A program made the translations under genes and the position numbers. A DNA stretch of 53,438 nucleotides from Candidatus Flemingiibacterium sp. (GTDB lineage: Bacteria; Bacillota; Clostridia; Oscillospirales; CAG-272): assembly GCA_045587285.1 (NCBI GenBank), contig JAZNBZ010000182.1:1-53438 (forward strand), written 5' to 3'. Each line of letters starts with the position of its first letter. Positions within the stretch are counted from its first letter, which is position 1. The notes under the pieces were generated by a model. It was not told where the DNA came from and ran no database searches. It saw only the letters and a list, made by a program, of their open reading frames with translations. Positions 33,007-42,668 of this stretch are shown here, piece by piece.

Positions 33007-33894
33007 TTATTTGTCCGACTTATCGCTCTTTTCTTCCTTTTTAGCGAAGCGTCCAAATCCGACCTTGACCTTCGTGTTTGTCGCGTCCTCGCTTATAAGG
33101 AGCTTTCGCAGCTCACGCTTTAAGGTATTGTAGCTGTAATTTCTCCTTAACTGTCCCTCAAGCGCAATTGATATGGTTCCCGTTTCCTCGGACACGACGA
33201 TGATGACGGCGTCGCTGTTTTCACTCATACCGATAGCCGCGCGGTGACGCGTACCGAGGTCCTTGATTATATCGTCGTTTGTGGACAGCGGCAAGAAGCA
33301 GCCTGCCGACCAGATGCGCCCGTCGCGGATTATCATCGCACCATCGTGAAGCGGCGCCTTGTTGTAAAATATATTTCTTATCAAAAAGGAGTTTGTATTG
33401 GCGTTTATGACAGTACCGCTCGTGATAATGTCACCAAGCTTTGTGGAGCGCTCAATAACGATAAGCGCGCCCGTTTTGTCAAGCGACATATCGCAAACGG
33501 CTTGCGTGACTTCTTTTATCATCGTTTCTATCTGTGCAGAGCTTGAGGATTTTCCCTCGCCAATGTTGCGCAGTCCGCGAAGCGGCTCCGCGCCCACCTT
33601 TTCAAGTGCCGAGCGAAGCTCCGGCTGAAAAACGATTATAAGTGCGATTATACCGACCTGGAACACGTTTGAGAGCATAAATCCAAGCGTGTGCATCTCG
33701 AGTATCTGCGATAAGAGCAGTACGAGTATAAGTATAAGTATGCCTGCCGCGAGCTTGCCCGCACGGCGCTCGCGTATGAACTTATAGACATAGTAAAAAA
33801 CAAACGCCACTATGGCTATATCGATAATATCAATGAATGAGGCTGTGGAAACGATGCTCCACAGATACGAAAACGCAGATCTTAAATATTCCAT
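33007..33894 (-). CDS. cdaA: Diadenylate cyclase CdaA
   Basis: Three N-terminal TM helices. DAC domain TGALIVIER...APLHDGAMII...LGTRHRAAIGMSENSDAVIIVVSEETGTISIA. Start taken at the ATG 33894 (MEYLRS...). Confidence 0.9.
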   Translation of the reverse strand: MEYLRSAFSYLWSIVSTASFIDIIDIAIVAFVFYYVYKFIRERRAGKLAAGILILILVLLLSQILEMHTLGFMLSNVFQVGIIALIIVFQPELRSALEKVGAEPLRGLRNIGEGKSSSSAQIETMIKEVTQAVCDMSLDKTGALIVIERSTKLGDIITSGTVINANTNSFLIRNIFYNKAPLHDGAMIIRDGRIWSAGCFLPLSTNDDIIKDLGTRHRAAIGMSENSDAVIIVVSEETGTISIALEGQLRRNYSYNTLKRELRKLLISEDATNTKVKVGFGRFAKKEEKSDKSDK

Positions 33895-34175
33895 AATGCA
33901 AAAACGATCCTTTTCGCCGTATTTTAATGCGCTCGAGAACGCATATAATTTCCTAATATATATTGTATCATAAAACATACTGAATTTCAAACTATTCATA
34001 AAAATTTAACTTATTAGTTAGAAAAAGCGTCTCACTGTCACTTTTGCACAATCAAAAGGCAAAAATTGTCGAATAAATTTTCAAAAATGTTCTTTAATTT
34101 TAGTTGATTATATGGTATAATTTAATGTATGATTTCATATAGCACGATATTTTATTTGACATACGGTACACGGTA

Positions 34176-34859
34176 ATGATAGAACCACTTAAAAACCTGA
34201 AAAATCTCATAGTCGTTTGCGGCCATTTCGGCGCAGGCAAGACCAATTTCGCGGTCAACCTTGCAAAGGCAAAAGCAGCAGAGGGCAAAAAGACTACCCT
34301 CATCGACCTTGACATAGTAAACCCGTACTTCCGCGCGGCTGATAATACGGCAGAGCTTACGGCGCTCGGCATAAACTGCGTGAATCCCGATTTCGCCAAC
34401 ACCAACGTAGATGTTCCCTCCCTTCCGCCGTCTGTAATGGGGGCGATAGAGGCGCAGGTACGCGAACCGGAGCGAGTTACGATACTCGACGTCGGCGGCG
34501 ACAACGGAGCAGTCGCGCTCGGTATGTATAACCGCTTTTTTAAGGAGGGCGAATATGACCTTCTTTACGTTGTAAGCAAATACCGCCCGCTTACCGAGGA
34601 CCTGCCCGATGCGCAGTTCATACTGCGTGAGATCGAGTGGTCCGGGCGACTACGCGCGACGGGAATCGTCAACAACTCAAACATCGGCGTGGAAACCACC
34701 GCCGAGGATATTCTCGAAACAGACGCGTGGTGCCGCTCTCTTGCAGACAAATGCGGACTGCCGCTCGTTTGCACCTGTGCGCTCTCCTCGCTTGAGGGTA
34801 CGCTTGACACGCTTGACAACGTTTTCTACATCGAAAACGCCACGAAGCAAATGTTTTAA
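34176..34859 (+). CDS. MinD/ParA/CobQ-type P-loop ATPase of unknown role
   Basis: VVCGHFGAGKTNFAVNLA (deviant Walker A). 227 aa. Confidence 0.65.
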   Translation: MIEPLKNLKNLIVVCGHFGAGKTNFAVNLAKAKAAEGKKTTLIDLDIVNPYFRAADNTAELTALGINCVNPDFANTNVDVPSLPPSVMGAIEAQVREPERVTILDVGGDNGAVALGMYNRFFKEGEYDLLYVVSKYRPLTEDLPDAQFILREIEWSGRLRATGIVNNSNIGVETTAEDILETDAWCRSLADKCGLPLVCTCALSSLEGTLDTLDNVFYIENATKQMF

Positions 34860-34887
34860 TTTGTAAACTAAAAACGGAGGAAATACA

Positions 34888-35100
34888 ATGAACAGAGTTA
34901 CATTCAACGAAGACCTTTGCAAGGGCTGCGGACTTTGCGTTTTAGCTTGCCCGAAGAAGATCATTGCGCTTGACTTGGACAAGCTCAACAAAAAGGGCTA
35001 CCATCCGGCAGGCGTGACCGACATCGAAAAGTGCATCGCGTGCGCTATGTGCGCCACTATGTGCCCCGACGTCGTTATTAAAGTCGAAAAAGACATATAA
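34888..35100 (+). CDS. 2-oxoacid:ferredoxin oxidoreductase delta subunit (2x[4Fe-4S] ferredoxin)
   Basis: CKGCGLCVLACP and CIACAMCATMCP motifs. Confidence 0.85.
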   Translation: MNRVTFNEDLCKGCGLCVLACPKKIIALDLDKLNKKGYHPAGVTDIEKCIACAMCATMCPDVVIKVEKDI

Positions 35101-35115
35101 GCAAGGAGAAAACAA

Positions 35116-36177
35116 ATGGCTAAGAAAGTACTTATGAAGGGTAACGAGGCTATCGCAGAGGCGGCTATCAAGTCCGGCTGTCTGCACTTTTTCGGCTACC
35201 CGATAACTCCCCAAACGGAAATTTCCGAATATATGGCAAAGCGTATGCCCAAGGTCGGCGGTCTTTGTCTTCAGGCTGAATCCGAGGTCTCGGCTATCAA
35301 TATGATTATGGGCGCGGCTGCTGCAGGCACTCGCTGCCTCACCTCGTCGAGCTCCCCCGGAATCTCATTAAAGAGCGAGGGCATTTCCTATCTCGTAGGA
35401 TGCGACCTTCCCTGCGTTATCGTAAACGTACAGCGCGGCGGCCCCGGTCTTGGAGGTATTCAGCCCTCTCAGCAGGACTACTATCAGGCAACCAAGGCTA
35501 ACGGTCACGGCGACGAGCACGTTTTAGTACTCGCTCCCTCGTCCGTTCAGGAAATGGCACAGCTTACGAGCGAGGCGTTCGACCTTGCCGACATTTACCG
35601 TATGCCCGCGATGATTTTAGCAGACGGCGCACTCGGTCAGATGATGGAGCCCGTTGACTTTGACGTTATGTCGAAGCGTGAGGTTCCCGAAAAGACCTGG
35701 GCGTGCAACGGTACCGAGGGCAAGAGAAAGAAGAATATCGTAAACTCGCTCCTTATCGATCCCGTTGAGCTTGAGAACTCCGTTATCGCACGCTTCAAGC
35801 GCTACGACGAGATCGCAGAGAAGGAAGTTAAGTATGAAGAATACAAGTGCGACGACGCGGATATCGTTATCGTTGCATACGGTATCACCGCGCGTATCTG
35901 CAAGACCGCTATCGCGGCGGCTCGCGCAAAGGGTATCAAGGTTGGTCTTTTCCGTCCCATCACCCTTTGGCCGTACCCGAAGAAGCAGCTTCGTGCACTC
36001 GCTGACAGTGCAAAGCACTTCCTCGTTTGCGAGCTCAATATGGGCCAGATGGTTGACGACGTTAAGGTTGCGACCGAGTGCAAGAAGCCCGTTTCCTTCT
36101 TTGGACGCACGGGCGGTATGATCCCCTCTCCCGACGAGGTTCTCGCAGAGATCGAGAAGCTCGCCGCAACGCTGTAA
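35116..36177 (+). CDS. 2-oxoacid:ferredoxin oxidoreductase alpha subunit
   Basis: MKGNEAIAEAAIKSGCLHFFGYPITPQTEI... is the typical KorA/VorB N-terminus. Confidence 0.85.
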   Translation: MAKKVLMKGNEAIAEAAIKSGCLHFFGYPITPQTEISEYMAKRMPKVGGLCLQAESEVSAINMIMGAAAAGTRCLTSSSSPGISLKSEGISYLVGCDLPCVIVNVQRGGPGLGGIQPSQQDYYQATKANGHGDEHVLVLAPSSVQEMAQLTSEAFDLADIYRMPAMILADGALGQMMEPVDFDVMSKREVPEKTWACNGTEGKRKKNIVNSLLIDPVELENSVIARFKRYDEIAEKEVKYEEYKCDDADIVIVAYGITARICKTAIAAARAKGIKVGLFRPITLWPYPKKQLRALADSAKHFLVCELNMGQMVDDVKVATECKKPVSFFGRTGGMIPSPDEVLAEIEKLAATL

Positions 36178-36195
36178 TTTTGGAGGTAAACCGAA

Positions 36196-36972
36196 ATGGT
36201 AGTATTTGATAAACCGAAATCCCTCTCCCCCGTGCCGTTCCACTACTGCCCGGGCTGTACACACGGCATCGTTCACAGACTCGTTGCCGAGGTGCTTGAC
36301 GAGCTTGAGCTTTGCGACAAGACCGTCGGCATCGCTCCCGTAGGCTGCTCCGTATTCGCATACAACTACTTCGAGTGCGATATGATCGAGGCTGCACACG
36401 GCCGTGCTCCCGCCGTTGCAACCGGCGTCAAGCGTACTCACCCCGACAATATCGTATTTACATATCAGGGTGACGGCGACCTCGCGGCAATCGGTACGGC
36501 AGAAACCGTACACGTTGGTGCGCGCGGCGAGAATATCACGATAATCTTCATCAACAACTGTATCTACGGTATGACCGGCGGTCAGATGGCACCTACCACT
36601 ATGCCCGGTCAGGTTACCACCACCTCTCCCTACGGACGCGACCGCAGAATTCAGGGCTCGCCTATCAGAGTATGCGAGATGATGTCCACCCTCGACGGCG
36701 TTGCATACGCAGAGCGCGTTGCGGTAAACACCGTTCCCAACATTAAGAAGGCAAAGGCGGCTATCAAGAAGGCGTTCCAAAATCAGATCGACAAGAAGGG
36801 ACTTTCCATCGTCGAGGTCCTCTCCACCTGCCCGACCAACTGGGGTATGACTCCCGAGCAGGCACTCGAATGGGTAAAGACCGATATGATTCCCTTCTAT
36901 CCGCTCGGCGTTTACAAGGACGCCGACGTTAAGGCGCTTAATCCCACTTCCACCAAGGAGGTAACAGAATAA
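36196..36972 (+). CDS. 2-oxoacid:ferredoxin oxidoreductase beta subunit (TPP-binding)
   Basis: YCPGCTHG...GDGDLAAIG...FINNCIYGMTGGQ. Confidence 0.85.
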   Translation: MVVFDKPKSLSPVPFHYCPGCTHGIVHRLVAEVLDELELCDKTVGIAPVGCSVFAYNYFECDMIEAAHGRAPAVATGVKRTHPDNIVFTYQGDGDLAAIGTAETVHVGARGENITIIFINNCIYGMTGGQMAPTTMPGQVTTTSPYGRDRRIQGSPIRVCEMMSTLDGVAYAERVAVNTVPNIKKAKAAIKKAFQNQIDKKGLSIVEVLSTCPTNWGMTPEQALEWVKTDMIPFYPLGVYKDADVKALNPTSTKEVTE

Positions 36973-37508
36973 TGACTACCAACATTCTTCTCGCAGGCTT
37001 TGGCGGACAGGGTATCCTTTTCGCAGGTAAGGCTATCGCAAAGATGGCTATGGACTCCGAGCTTCAGGTTTCCTGGCTCCCCTCCTACGGTCCCGAAATG
37101 CGCGGCGGTGCGGCTAACTGCTCCGTTATCGTTTCCGATGAGGAGATCGGCTCTCCCGTCGTCGTAACTCCCGATATTCTTATCGCATTGAATCTCCCCT
37201 CCTTCGACAAGTTCGAGCCGAAGGTAGTTGCAGGCGGTAAGCTTATTTACGACTCCTCGCTTATCGACAAGACCACCGCTCGCACGGACATCAACGCATA
37301 CGGAATCCCCGCAACCGCGATGGCGTCCGACGCAGGTCTTACAGGTATGGCGAACGTGATCGTTTTGGGTTATCTCTTGAAGCTCACCGGTCTTTTCGAA
37401 TACGACGCATTCCTTGAGCATATGCTCGCAGGTATTCCCGCATCGAAGGCGGCTCTTATCGAAAAGAATAAGAAGGCTCTCGAAATGGGCTATAAATACG
37501 AAGGCTAA
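36972..37508 (+). CDS. 2-oxoacid:ferredoxin oxidoreductase gamma subunit
   Basis: [16 protein letters not shown]...YGPEMRGG. Confidence 0.85.
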   Translation: MTTNILLAGFGGQGILFAGKAIAKMAMDSELQVSWLPSYGPEMRGGAANCSVIVSDEEIGSPVVVTPDILIALNLPSFDKFEPKVVAGGKLIYDSSLIDKTTARTDINAYGIPATAMASDAGLTGMANVIVLGYLLKLTGLFEYDAFLEHMLAGIPASKAALIEKNKKALEMGYKYEG

Positions 37509-37547
37509 ACGACAAATCCCACTCACGATCGTGAGTGGGATTCTTTT

Positions 37548-38348
37548 TTACTCCGACGGCGATGCGCCGAACATTTTCTTGTATGCCTTGTAGAATGACG
37601 AGTAATCGCCGTAGCCGCATATCGCGTAGATCTTGGACGGGTTTTCGCCTTCGGCGATCAAGCGCTTTGCGTAGATAAGCCGCTTTTCGATAATGTAGCG
37701 ATGAAGCGATATCCCAAGCTCGCGCTTGAAGCAATGCGTCAGCGTGGACTCGGACGTATTAACCGCCGCGGCTATTGCCCTTATACTGATATCGCCGTCC
37801 AGATTTTCGTTTATATACTCAAGTATCCTCGTCGCCAAATGTGCGCTCTCGCGGTATCTGACTTCGCTTTTTTTCTCGTTTTGAACGTTGATCTGCGCCA
37901 TAAGCATCAAAAACGCCGTGTATGTCAAAAACGCAGAATGTTCTCCCTCTCTGCCGTTGCCAAGCTCCGTACACATCTGATTTAACGTGTAAACCAGCGT
38001 GGCATCAACGTTTTCGATAACGCGAATTTCACCCGTTACGGCGGAGGCAGGCGCAAGCACGTCAAGCCCGTCGGGGAAGCTTATTTTAAGTCTTGCAAAT
38101 CTCTCGGGCGCCTTTAATCTGAAGAAGTGATAGCTTTCCTTCGGGATCACTATGAGAGTTCCGCTTTTTAACTTTTTTTGAAAGCTTTCCGACAGAAACG
38201 TCGCATCTCCGTCTATGTAGTAGAGTATTTCGTGATATGGGTGGATTTCACGCTCGCGTATCTCGGGCCCCCTTGAGTAGCAAAACGATATTTGATTGTA
38301 GTTGAGTGTTTTTTCAAAAATACTGTTCATAGCTTTATGATAGCACAT
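37548..38348 (-). CDS. AraC family transcriptional regulator (cupin + HTH)
   Basis: C-terminus ...IAAAVNTSESTLTHCFKRELGISLHRYIIEKRLIYAKRLI...GYGDYSSFYKAYKKMFG. The start may instead be the ATG at 38330. Confidence 0.85.
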   Translation of the reverse strand: MCYHKAMNSIFEKTLNYNQISFCYSRGPEIREREIHPYHEILYYIDGDATFLSESFQKKLKSGTLIVIPKESYHFFRLKAPERFARLKISFPDGLDVLAPASAVTGEIRVIENVDATLVYTLNQMCTELGNGREGEHSAFLTYTAFLMLMAQINVQNEKKSEVRYRESAHLATRILEYINENLDGDISIRAIAAAVNTSESTLTHCFKRELGISLHRYIIEKRLIYAKRLIAEGENPSKIYAICGYGDYSSFYKAYKKMFGASPSE

Positions 38349-38451
38349 ATTTGCTTGTTTTGCAATACTTTTAGCCGTTTTTTCCGTTTACATTTCAAAA
38401 AATATGTGTTATCCTTAATATAAGCAGATTTTCAAGCTTGTGGAGGCAATT

Positions 38452-39744
38452 ATGTTAAACGAAGAAAAAGGCATACTTTTTGAGGACGATTTTCAAAAAT
38501 CGCTCAAGGAAAAATTCTTTTACCCCGACGCTGATCCCGAGCACGGCGAGCGGCTGTTTTTTGACAACTCGGGCGGCTCGCTTCGCCTGAAGGCGTGCGT
38601 TGAGGCAAAGTGCGCACACGAGATGTTCCCCGACTGTCCCGAGAGAATACACGCAAGAAGCGTGCACTTAAAGGGACTCGTTGAAGAGGGCACGAAGCAG
38701 ATACTTGAGATTATGTTCGGTGCAAAGAGCGGTGCGCTCATCACCGAGCTTACCGCATCGCAGACGATGTTCCACCTCGTCGGACTTATTATGGAAAATA
38801 TCCCCGGCACGAACGCCGTCGTATCGAGCCTTGAGCACCCGTCCGCATTCGACGCTATCGAGTATTACTGCAAGAAAACGGGCAAGGAGATGCGCGTCGT
38901 TCCCGCAAATCAGGTAACGGGCGGTATTGATCCCGACGAGGTCGTAAAGTACGTTGACAAGGACACCTGCGTGCTCAGCATTATGTCCGCATCCAACATC
39001 TCGGGCAATATTATGGACATCGAGTCTATCGTCAAGAAGGCACGCGCTATAAAGCCCGACCTTTACATAGTAACCGACGCGGTACAGCACGCGCCTCACT
39101 TTATTATGGAGGCAGAGCGCCTCAAGGTTGACGGTATGAACTTCGCGCCGTACAAGTTCTTCGGCGTACGCGGCTGCGGCTTTGCGTACGTTTCAGACAG
39201 AGTTGCCGCGCTTCCGCACCACAAGCTTATCGCGAAGCCTCAGGAGGTATTCGAGCTTGGCACGAGCGCGCCCGGCAACTTCGCGGCGGCTATGGAGATC
39301 ATCAAATACGTATGCGAGATAGGCAAGCACTTCATCGGCGACGCCGACACAAAAACGCTCTACAACGAGGGGATGCACCGCATACACCTTCAGGAGCGCG
39401 CGCTTCTTCACAGAATGCTCGAGGGCACCGACGAGGTCCCCGGACTTCGCCACATTCCCGGCGTAAAGGTGTACGTTGATACCGAGGATATCACAAAACG
39501 CGACCTCATCGCGGCTATCGGTATCGAGGGCTTTGACTTCACCGAATGCGTTGCGGAGTATCAGCGCCGCGGCGTTACCGTTTACGAGCGCGTGAACACG
39601 AGCATATACTCGAAGCGTATCGTTGAAGCACTCGGCATTACGGGTGCTATCCGCGTTTCACCTATGCACTGCCACGGCAGAGAGGATATTGACAAGTTCC
39701 TTAGCATCACCGCCGATATGGCAAAAGAGTTCGCAAAAATATAA
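38452..39744 (+). CDS. Class V aminotransferase-fold PLP enzyme (cysteine desulfurase-like)
   Basis: ~430 aa with fold-type I features (...SIMSASNISGN..., ...APYKFFG...). GGAGG 5 nt before the ATG at 38452. Confidence 0.65.
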   Translation: MLNEEKGILFEDDFQKSLKEKFFYPDADPEHGERLFFDNSGGSLRLKACVEAKCAHEMFPDCPERIHARSVHLKGLVEEGTKQILEIMFGAKSGALITELTASQTMFHLVGLIMENIPGTNAVVSSLEHPSAFDAIEYYCKKTGKEMRVVPANQVTGGIDPDEVVKYVDKDTCVLSIMSASNISGNIMDIESIVKKARAIKPDLYIVTDAVQHAPHFIMEAERLKVDGMNFAPYKFFGVRGCGFAYVSDRVAALPHHKLIAKPQEVFELGTSAPGNFAAAMEIIKYVCEIGKHFIGDADTKTLYNEGMHRIHLQERALLHRMLEGTDEVPGLRHIPGVKVYVDTEDITKRDLIAAIGIEGFDFTECVAEYQRRGVTVYERVNTSIYSKRIVEALGITGAIRVSPMHCHGREDIDKFLSITADMAKEFAKI

Positions 39745-39792
39745 AAAGCAATATTTTTTGGACGTCCTCGACGCCCCGTTATAATATTACGC

Positions 39793-39826
39793 AAAAAGCC
39801 TGCCGCTAACGCGACAGGCTTTCTTG
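39793..39826. terminator. Bidirectional intrinsic terminator
   Basis: AAAA-AGCCTGCCGC-TAAC-GCGACAGGCT-TTCTT between convergent genes. Confidence 0.6.
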
Positions 39827-39827
39827 T

Positions 39828-40022
39828 TTAGTGGCAGTTGCCGCCCTCGCAGCCGTTCTTCTTAACGAACGACTCGCAGTCAACGCACTGGCACACGGTG
39901 GGGTTTGCTTCGTGAGTTGCGATCTTAACTCTGTTAAGGGTGCAGAAGTTCTCACTACCGCAATGGTATTCGCACTGCTTTACGGAGCATTCGATAGAGG
40001 GATTGGGAGACTTGTTATCCAT
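39828..40022 (-). CDS. DUF1540 domain protein
   Basis: IECSVKQCEYHCGSENFCTLNRVKI...CQCVDCESF shows the duplicated Cys-rich DUF1540 pattern. Confidence 0.7.
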   Translation of the reverse strand: MDNKSPNPSIECSVKQCEYHCGSENFCTLNRVKIATHEANPTVCQCVDCESFVKKNGCEGGNCH

Positions 40023-40102
40023 TTTCTAAACCTCTTTATATAATATTTTGAGCCGCACTCGTCGGCTGCGATATTATTCTGCCCTATTGTAAAGCTATCT
40101 AA

Positions 40103-40993
40103 TCAGGTATTATTTGGAATTTTTGAAAGCACGTATTTTTCGCGCAGCATAAGCGCCGCGCCCTCGATCGCACCGCGGCAGGCGTTGACAGGCTCGATAA
40201 TGACCTCTGCACGTGCACTGTCTGTAAAGCCGCGCTCTTTAAGCGCCGCAAGCAGCGCCTCTGCAAGCGGCTCGGCGACCGACTGATTTTCACAGGCTAT
40301 ATGTATAAGCGCGGGATCGAACACGAGACACATATCGGCAAGCTTGTCCGCGAATGCACCGACTGTAAGCCCAAGCTTATCAAATTCGCCCGCGCGTCCG
40401 TGTGCGCCGCTATACGGCTGCTTTGCAAGCATAATCGCGCCGTCGATCTGCGCGCCGCGGTCAACGCGCATAAAAAACGCCACGCCCTCGCACTCGAAGC
40501 GCTTCGAATTTGCATACGCCGCCGCACGGTTTGCTTCAATCGTAAGCTCGGGCGCGACGCCGAGCATATTCTCGAGCTCGTCTGCCGCTCTTTTATTTTC
40601 CCGCGAGGTGACGACAGCCGTTCCCATTATATCCGCACACCCTGCCTCAAAAAGCGTATTCATTGCCCAGAGCATCAGCTCGCCGACGTCCTCGCCCTCA
40701 CGCTCTCCGATAGTATTATTCGCTATATCGCACACGCGCACGCGCGGAGTATCGGTTAAATCAAAGAGTATCATTCCGCGCGATTTTTCGAGCGCACATA
40801 TGCCCGACTTGCGCCCGACACCGCCTCCCGTCAGCTTTTTCTCGGTGACGATGCCGCAACCGATAAGCTTATCGACTGCCTTGCCGACGGTCATAAGACT
40901 GAATCCCGTCATTTCGGAAAGCGTCGCGCGGCTTGCCTCGCCCGATACGGCGATAGCCTCAAAAACCGCTATTAAACTACTATTTTGTTGCAT
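40103..40993 (-). CDS. ROK-like transcriptional regulator (wHTH + degenerate sugar-kinase fold)
   Basis: N-terminus ATLSEMTGFSLMTVGKAVDKLIGCGIV. The middle region has GAHGRAGEF but lacks the ROK Cys/His zinc motif. Confidence 0.55.
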   Translation of the reverse strand: MQQNSSLIAVFEAIAVSGEASRATLSEMTGFSLMTVGKAVDKLIGCGIVTEKKLTGGGVGRKSGICALEKSRGMILFDLTDTPRVRVCDIANNTIGEREGEDVGELMLWAMNTLFEAGCADIMGTAVVTSRENKRAADELENMLGVAPELTIEANRAAAYANSKRFECEGVAFFMRVDRGAQIDGAIMLAKQPYSGAHGRAGEFDKLGLTVGAFADKLADMCLVFDPALIHIACENQSVAEPLAEALLAALKERGFTDSARAEVIIEPVNACRGAIEGAALMLREKYVLSKIPNNT

Positions 40994-41165
40994 AGCCGCA
41001 CCTCCGCAAAATTCGTTTAAGTAAATTATACATTAAATCGCGCCGTTTGTCAATAAGCGCGCATCAAAGCCGTGCCTTACAAAAAATTCGGCGAAACCAC
41101 TTGAAAAAGCGCGAAAAATGCTGTATAATGTAAATGTACCATCAAAGCCTCGGAGGATATAACAT

Positions 41166-41387
41166 ATGCTCGAAAAAATCACCGCTATTATCGCAAGCCG
41201 TCTTGACTGTGCCGCAGATACGGTCAGCGCGGATACCCGAATTGAAGAGCTTGGAGCGGACTCGCTGGATCTTGTGGAAATAATTATGGCGGTCGAGGAA
41301 GCGTTTTCCATATCCGTCCCCGACGAGGATATGCCAAACTTCAAAACCGCAGGCGACATTCTCGCCTACGTTGAAGCGAATTCGTAA
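41166..41387 (+). CDS. Acyl carrier protein (stand-alone)
   Basis: 73 aa with LGADSLDLVEIIMAVEEAF (DSL phosphopantetheine attachment site). Confidence 0.85.
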   Translation: MLEKITAIIASRLDCAADTVSADTRIEELGADSLDLVEIIMAVEEAFSISVPDEDMPNFKTAGDILAYVEANS

Positions 41388-41396
41388 CAAAATATT

Positions 41397-41423
41397 GCCC
41401 GTGCCAGGTGGCACGGGCTTTTT
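41397..41423 (+). terminator. Intrinsic terminator
   Basis: GCCCGTGCC-AGGT-GGCACGGGC followed by TTTTT. Confidence 0.7.
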
Positions 41424-41425
41424 AT

Positions 41426-42556
41426 TCAAAATTCGGGAACGGTAACCGCTTCGCCGTTTCTCATCGCAGATTCGTGCGCGCAGATACCCGCCGCCGTAAT
41501 ATTGCCGCCCATCACCTCGTCTATGTATGGCTTTCTGCTTTCAAGGATGCTCATCACAAACTCGTGTACAAGATGCGGATGCGAGCCGTGATGTCCGCCG
41601 CCCTTGCCGATTTCAATATTTTCGATAACATCATCCGGACCGTAATCATCGCCAACAGTAAAGCGTTGTATCTCCTTGGGCAAATTACGGTGGAAATTCG
41701 GCAGCGCAACTACATTTGCCCATGCCGTTTCACCGCCCTTTGGCGTACTCGGATCTGCAAGCGTTGTAACAATCGGATCGTCGTCCTCGCCAAATCCCCA
41801 CTCAAAGGATTTTTTGCTTCCGTATACGTTTAGCCCCTCTTGGTAAACTCTCGCCGTTTCAAAAAGCGATCGTATCGCTTCGCCCTTGAGCCCATTCTCA
41901 AACTCAAACAGGGCGCATTCTATGGGGAACGGGTTGCCGTACTTCTTCGTACGCCATTCTTCCATCGTACCGGCACCGAAACAGTTAACTCTGCATATGC
42001 GCGAGCCTGAAAGTGCGACCATCGGACCTATCGCGTGTGAGCCGTAGTGCATAGGCGGAAGCCCCATCCAATATTCGCCCCAACGCGACATATCCTGAAA
42101 ATGTGTGCCGCGCATAAACTGTATGCGCCCGAGCTCACCGCTCTCGATCATATGCCTTACGTAGAACATATGATAAGTATAAAGCGACGTTTCCATTAAC
42201 ATATAATTCTTGCCCGATTTTTTCACCGCATCGCAAATACGCTTTATCTCATCAAGCGTCGTCGCCATAGGCACGGTACACGCGCAGTGTTTACCCGCCT
42301 CGAGCACCTTAACCGTCTGCTCGGCGTGTATCGGTATCGGCGTCATAAGATGCACCGCGTCTATACTCTCATCCGCAAGCATCTGTTCAAAAGACAGGTA
42401 TGTTTTCAGCCCCGGATGCTTTTGTACGCACGCCCCAAGCGCAGTTTCATCGACATCACAAAGCGTCACTTCTCCAACGTTCGGATGGCTCTTGTATATA
42501 TTAAGAAAAACCTCTCCGAAGCCGGCACCGACTATTGCAACATTTATCTTTTTCAT
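41426..42556 (-). CDS. Gfo/Idh/MocA family oxidoreductase
   Basis: MKKINVAIVGAGFGEVF... Start at the ATG 42556 after GGAGGTGG. Confidence 0.85.
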   Translation of the reverse strand: MKKINVAIVGAGFGEVFLNIYKSHPNVGEVTLCDVDETALGACVQKHPGLKTYLSFEQMLADESIDAVHLMTPIPIHAEQTVKVLEAGKHCACTVPMATTLDEIKRICDAVKKSGKNYMLMETSLYTYHMFYVRHMIESGELGRIQFMRGTHFQDMSRWGEYWMGLPPMHYGSHAIGPMVALSGSRICRVNCFGAGTMEEWRTKKYGNPFPIECALFEFENGLKGEAIRSLFETARVYQEGLNVYGSKKSFEWGFGEDDDPIVTTLADPSTPKGGETAWANVVALPNFHRNLPKEIQRFTVGDDYGPDDVIENIEIGKGGGHHGSHPHLVHEFVMSILESRKPYIDEVMGGNITAAGICAHESAMRNGEAVTVPEF

Positions 42557-42668
42557 AACCCACCTCCAAAATTTATACAACAATTATACCTTTAAAAGCA
42601 AAAAATGTACATTGACAAAACGGATTTTTATATGTATAATTAAGAAAAACGTAGCGGAGGTCAAAAGC

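Noticed and set aside
35617-36780. A 387-aa minus-strand ORF
   Set aside because: It is antisense to the well-supported Kor alpha and beta subunit genes. Its Arg/Gly/Val-rich composition is typical of shadow ORFs in GC-rich coding DNA.
42210-42668. The N-terminal 153-aa extension of the AraC ORF given in the track
   Set aside because: The extension is antisense to the 5' part of the Gfo gene and crosses the divergent promoter region. A GTG with a good GGAGG RBS at 42669 gives a normal-length AraC protein.
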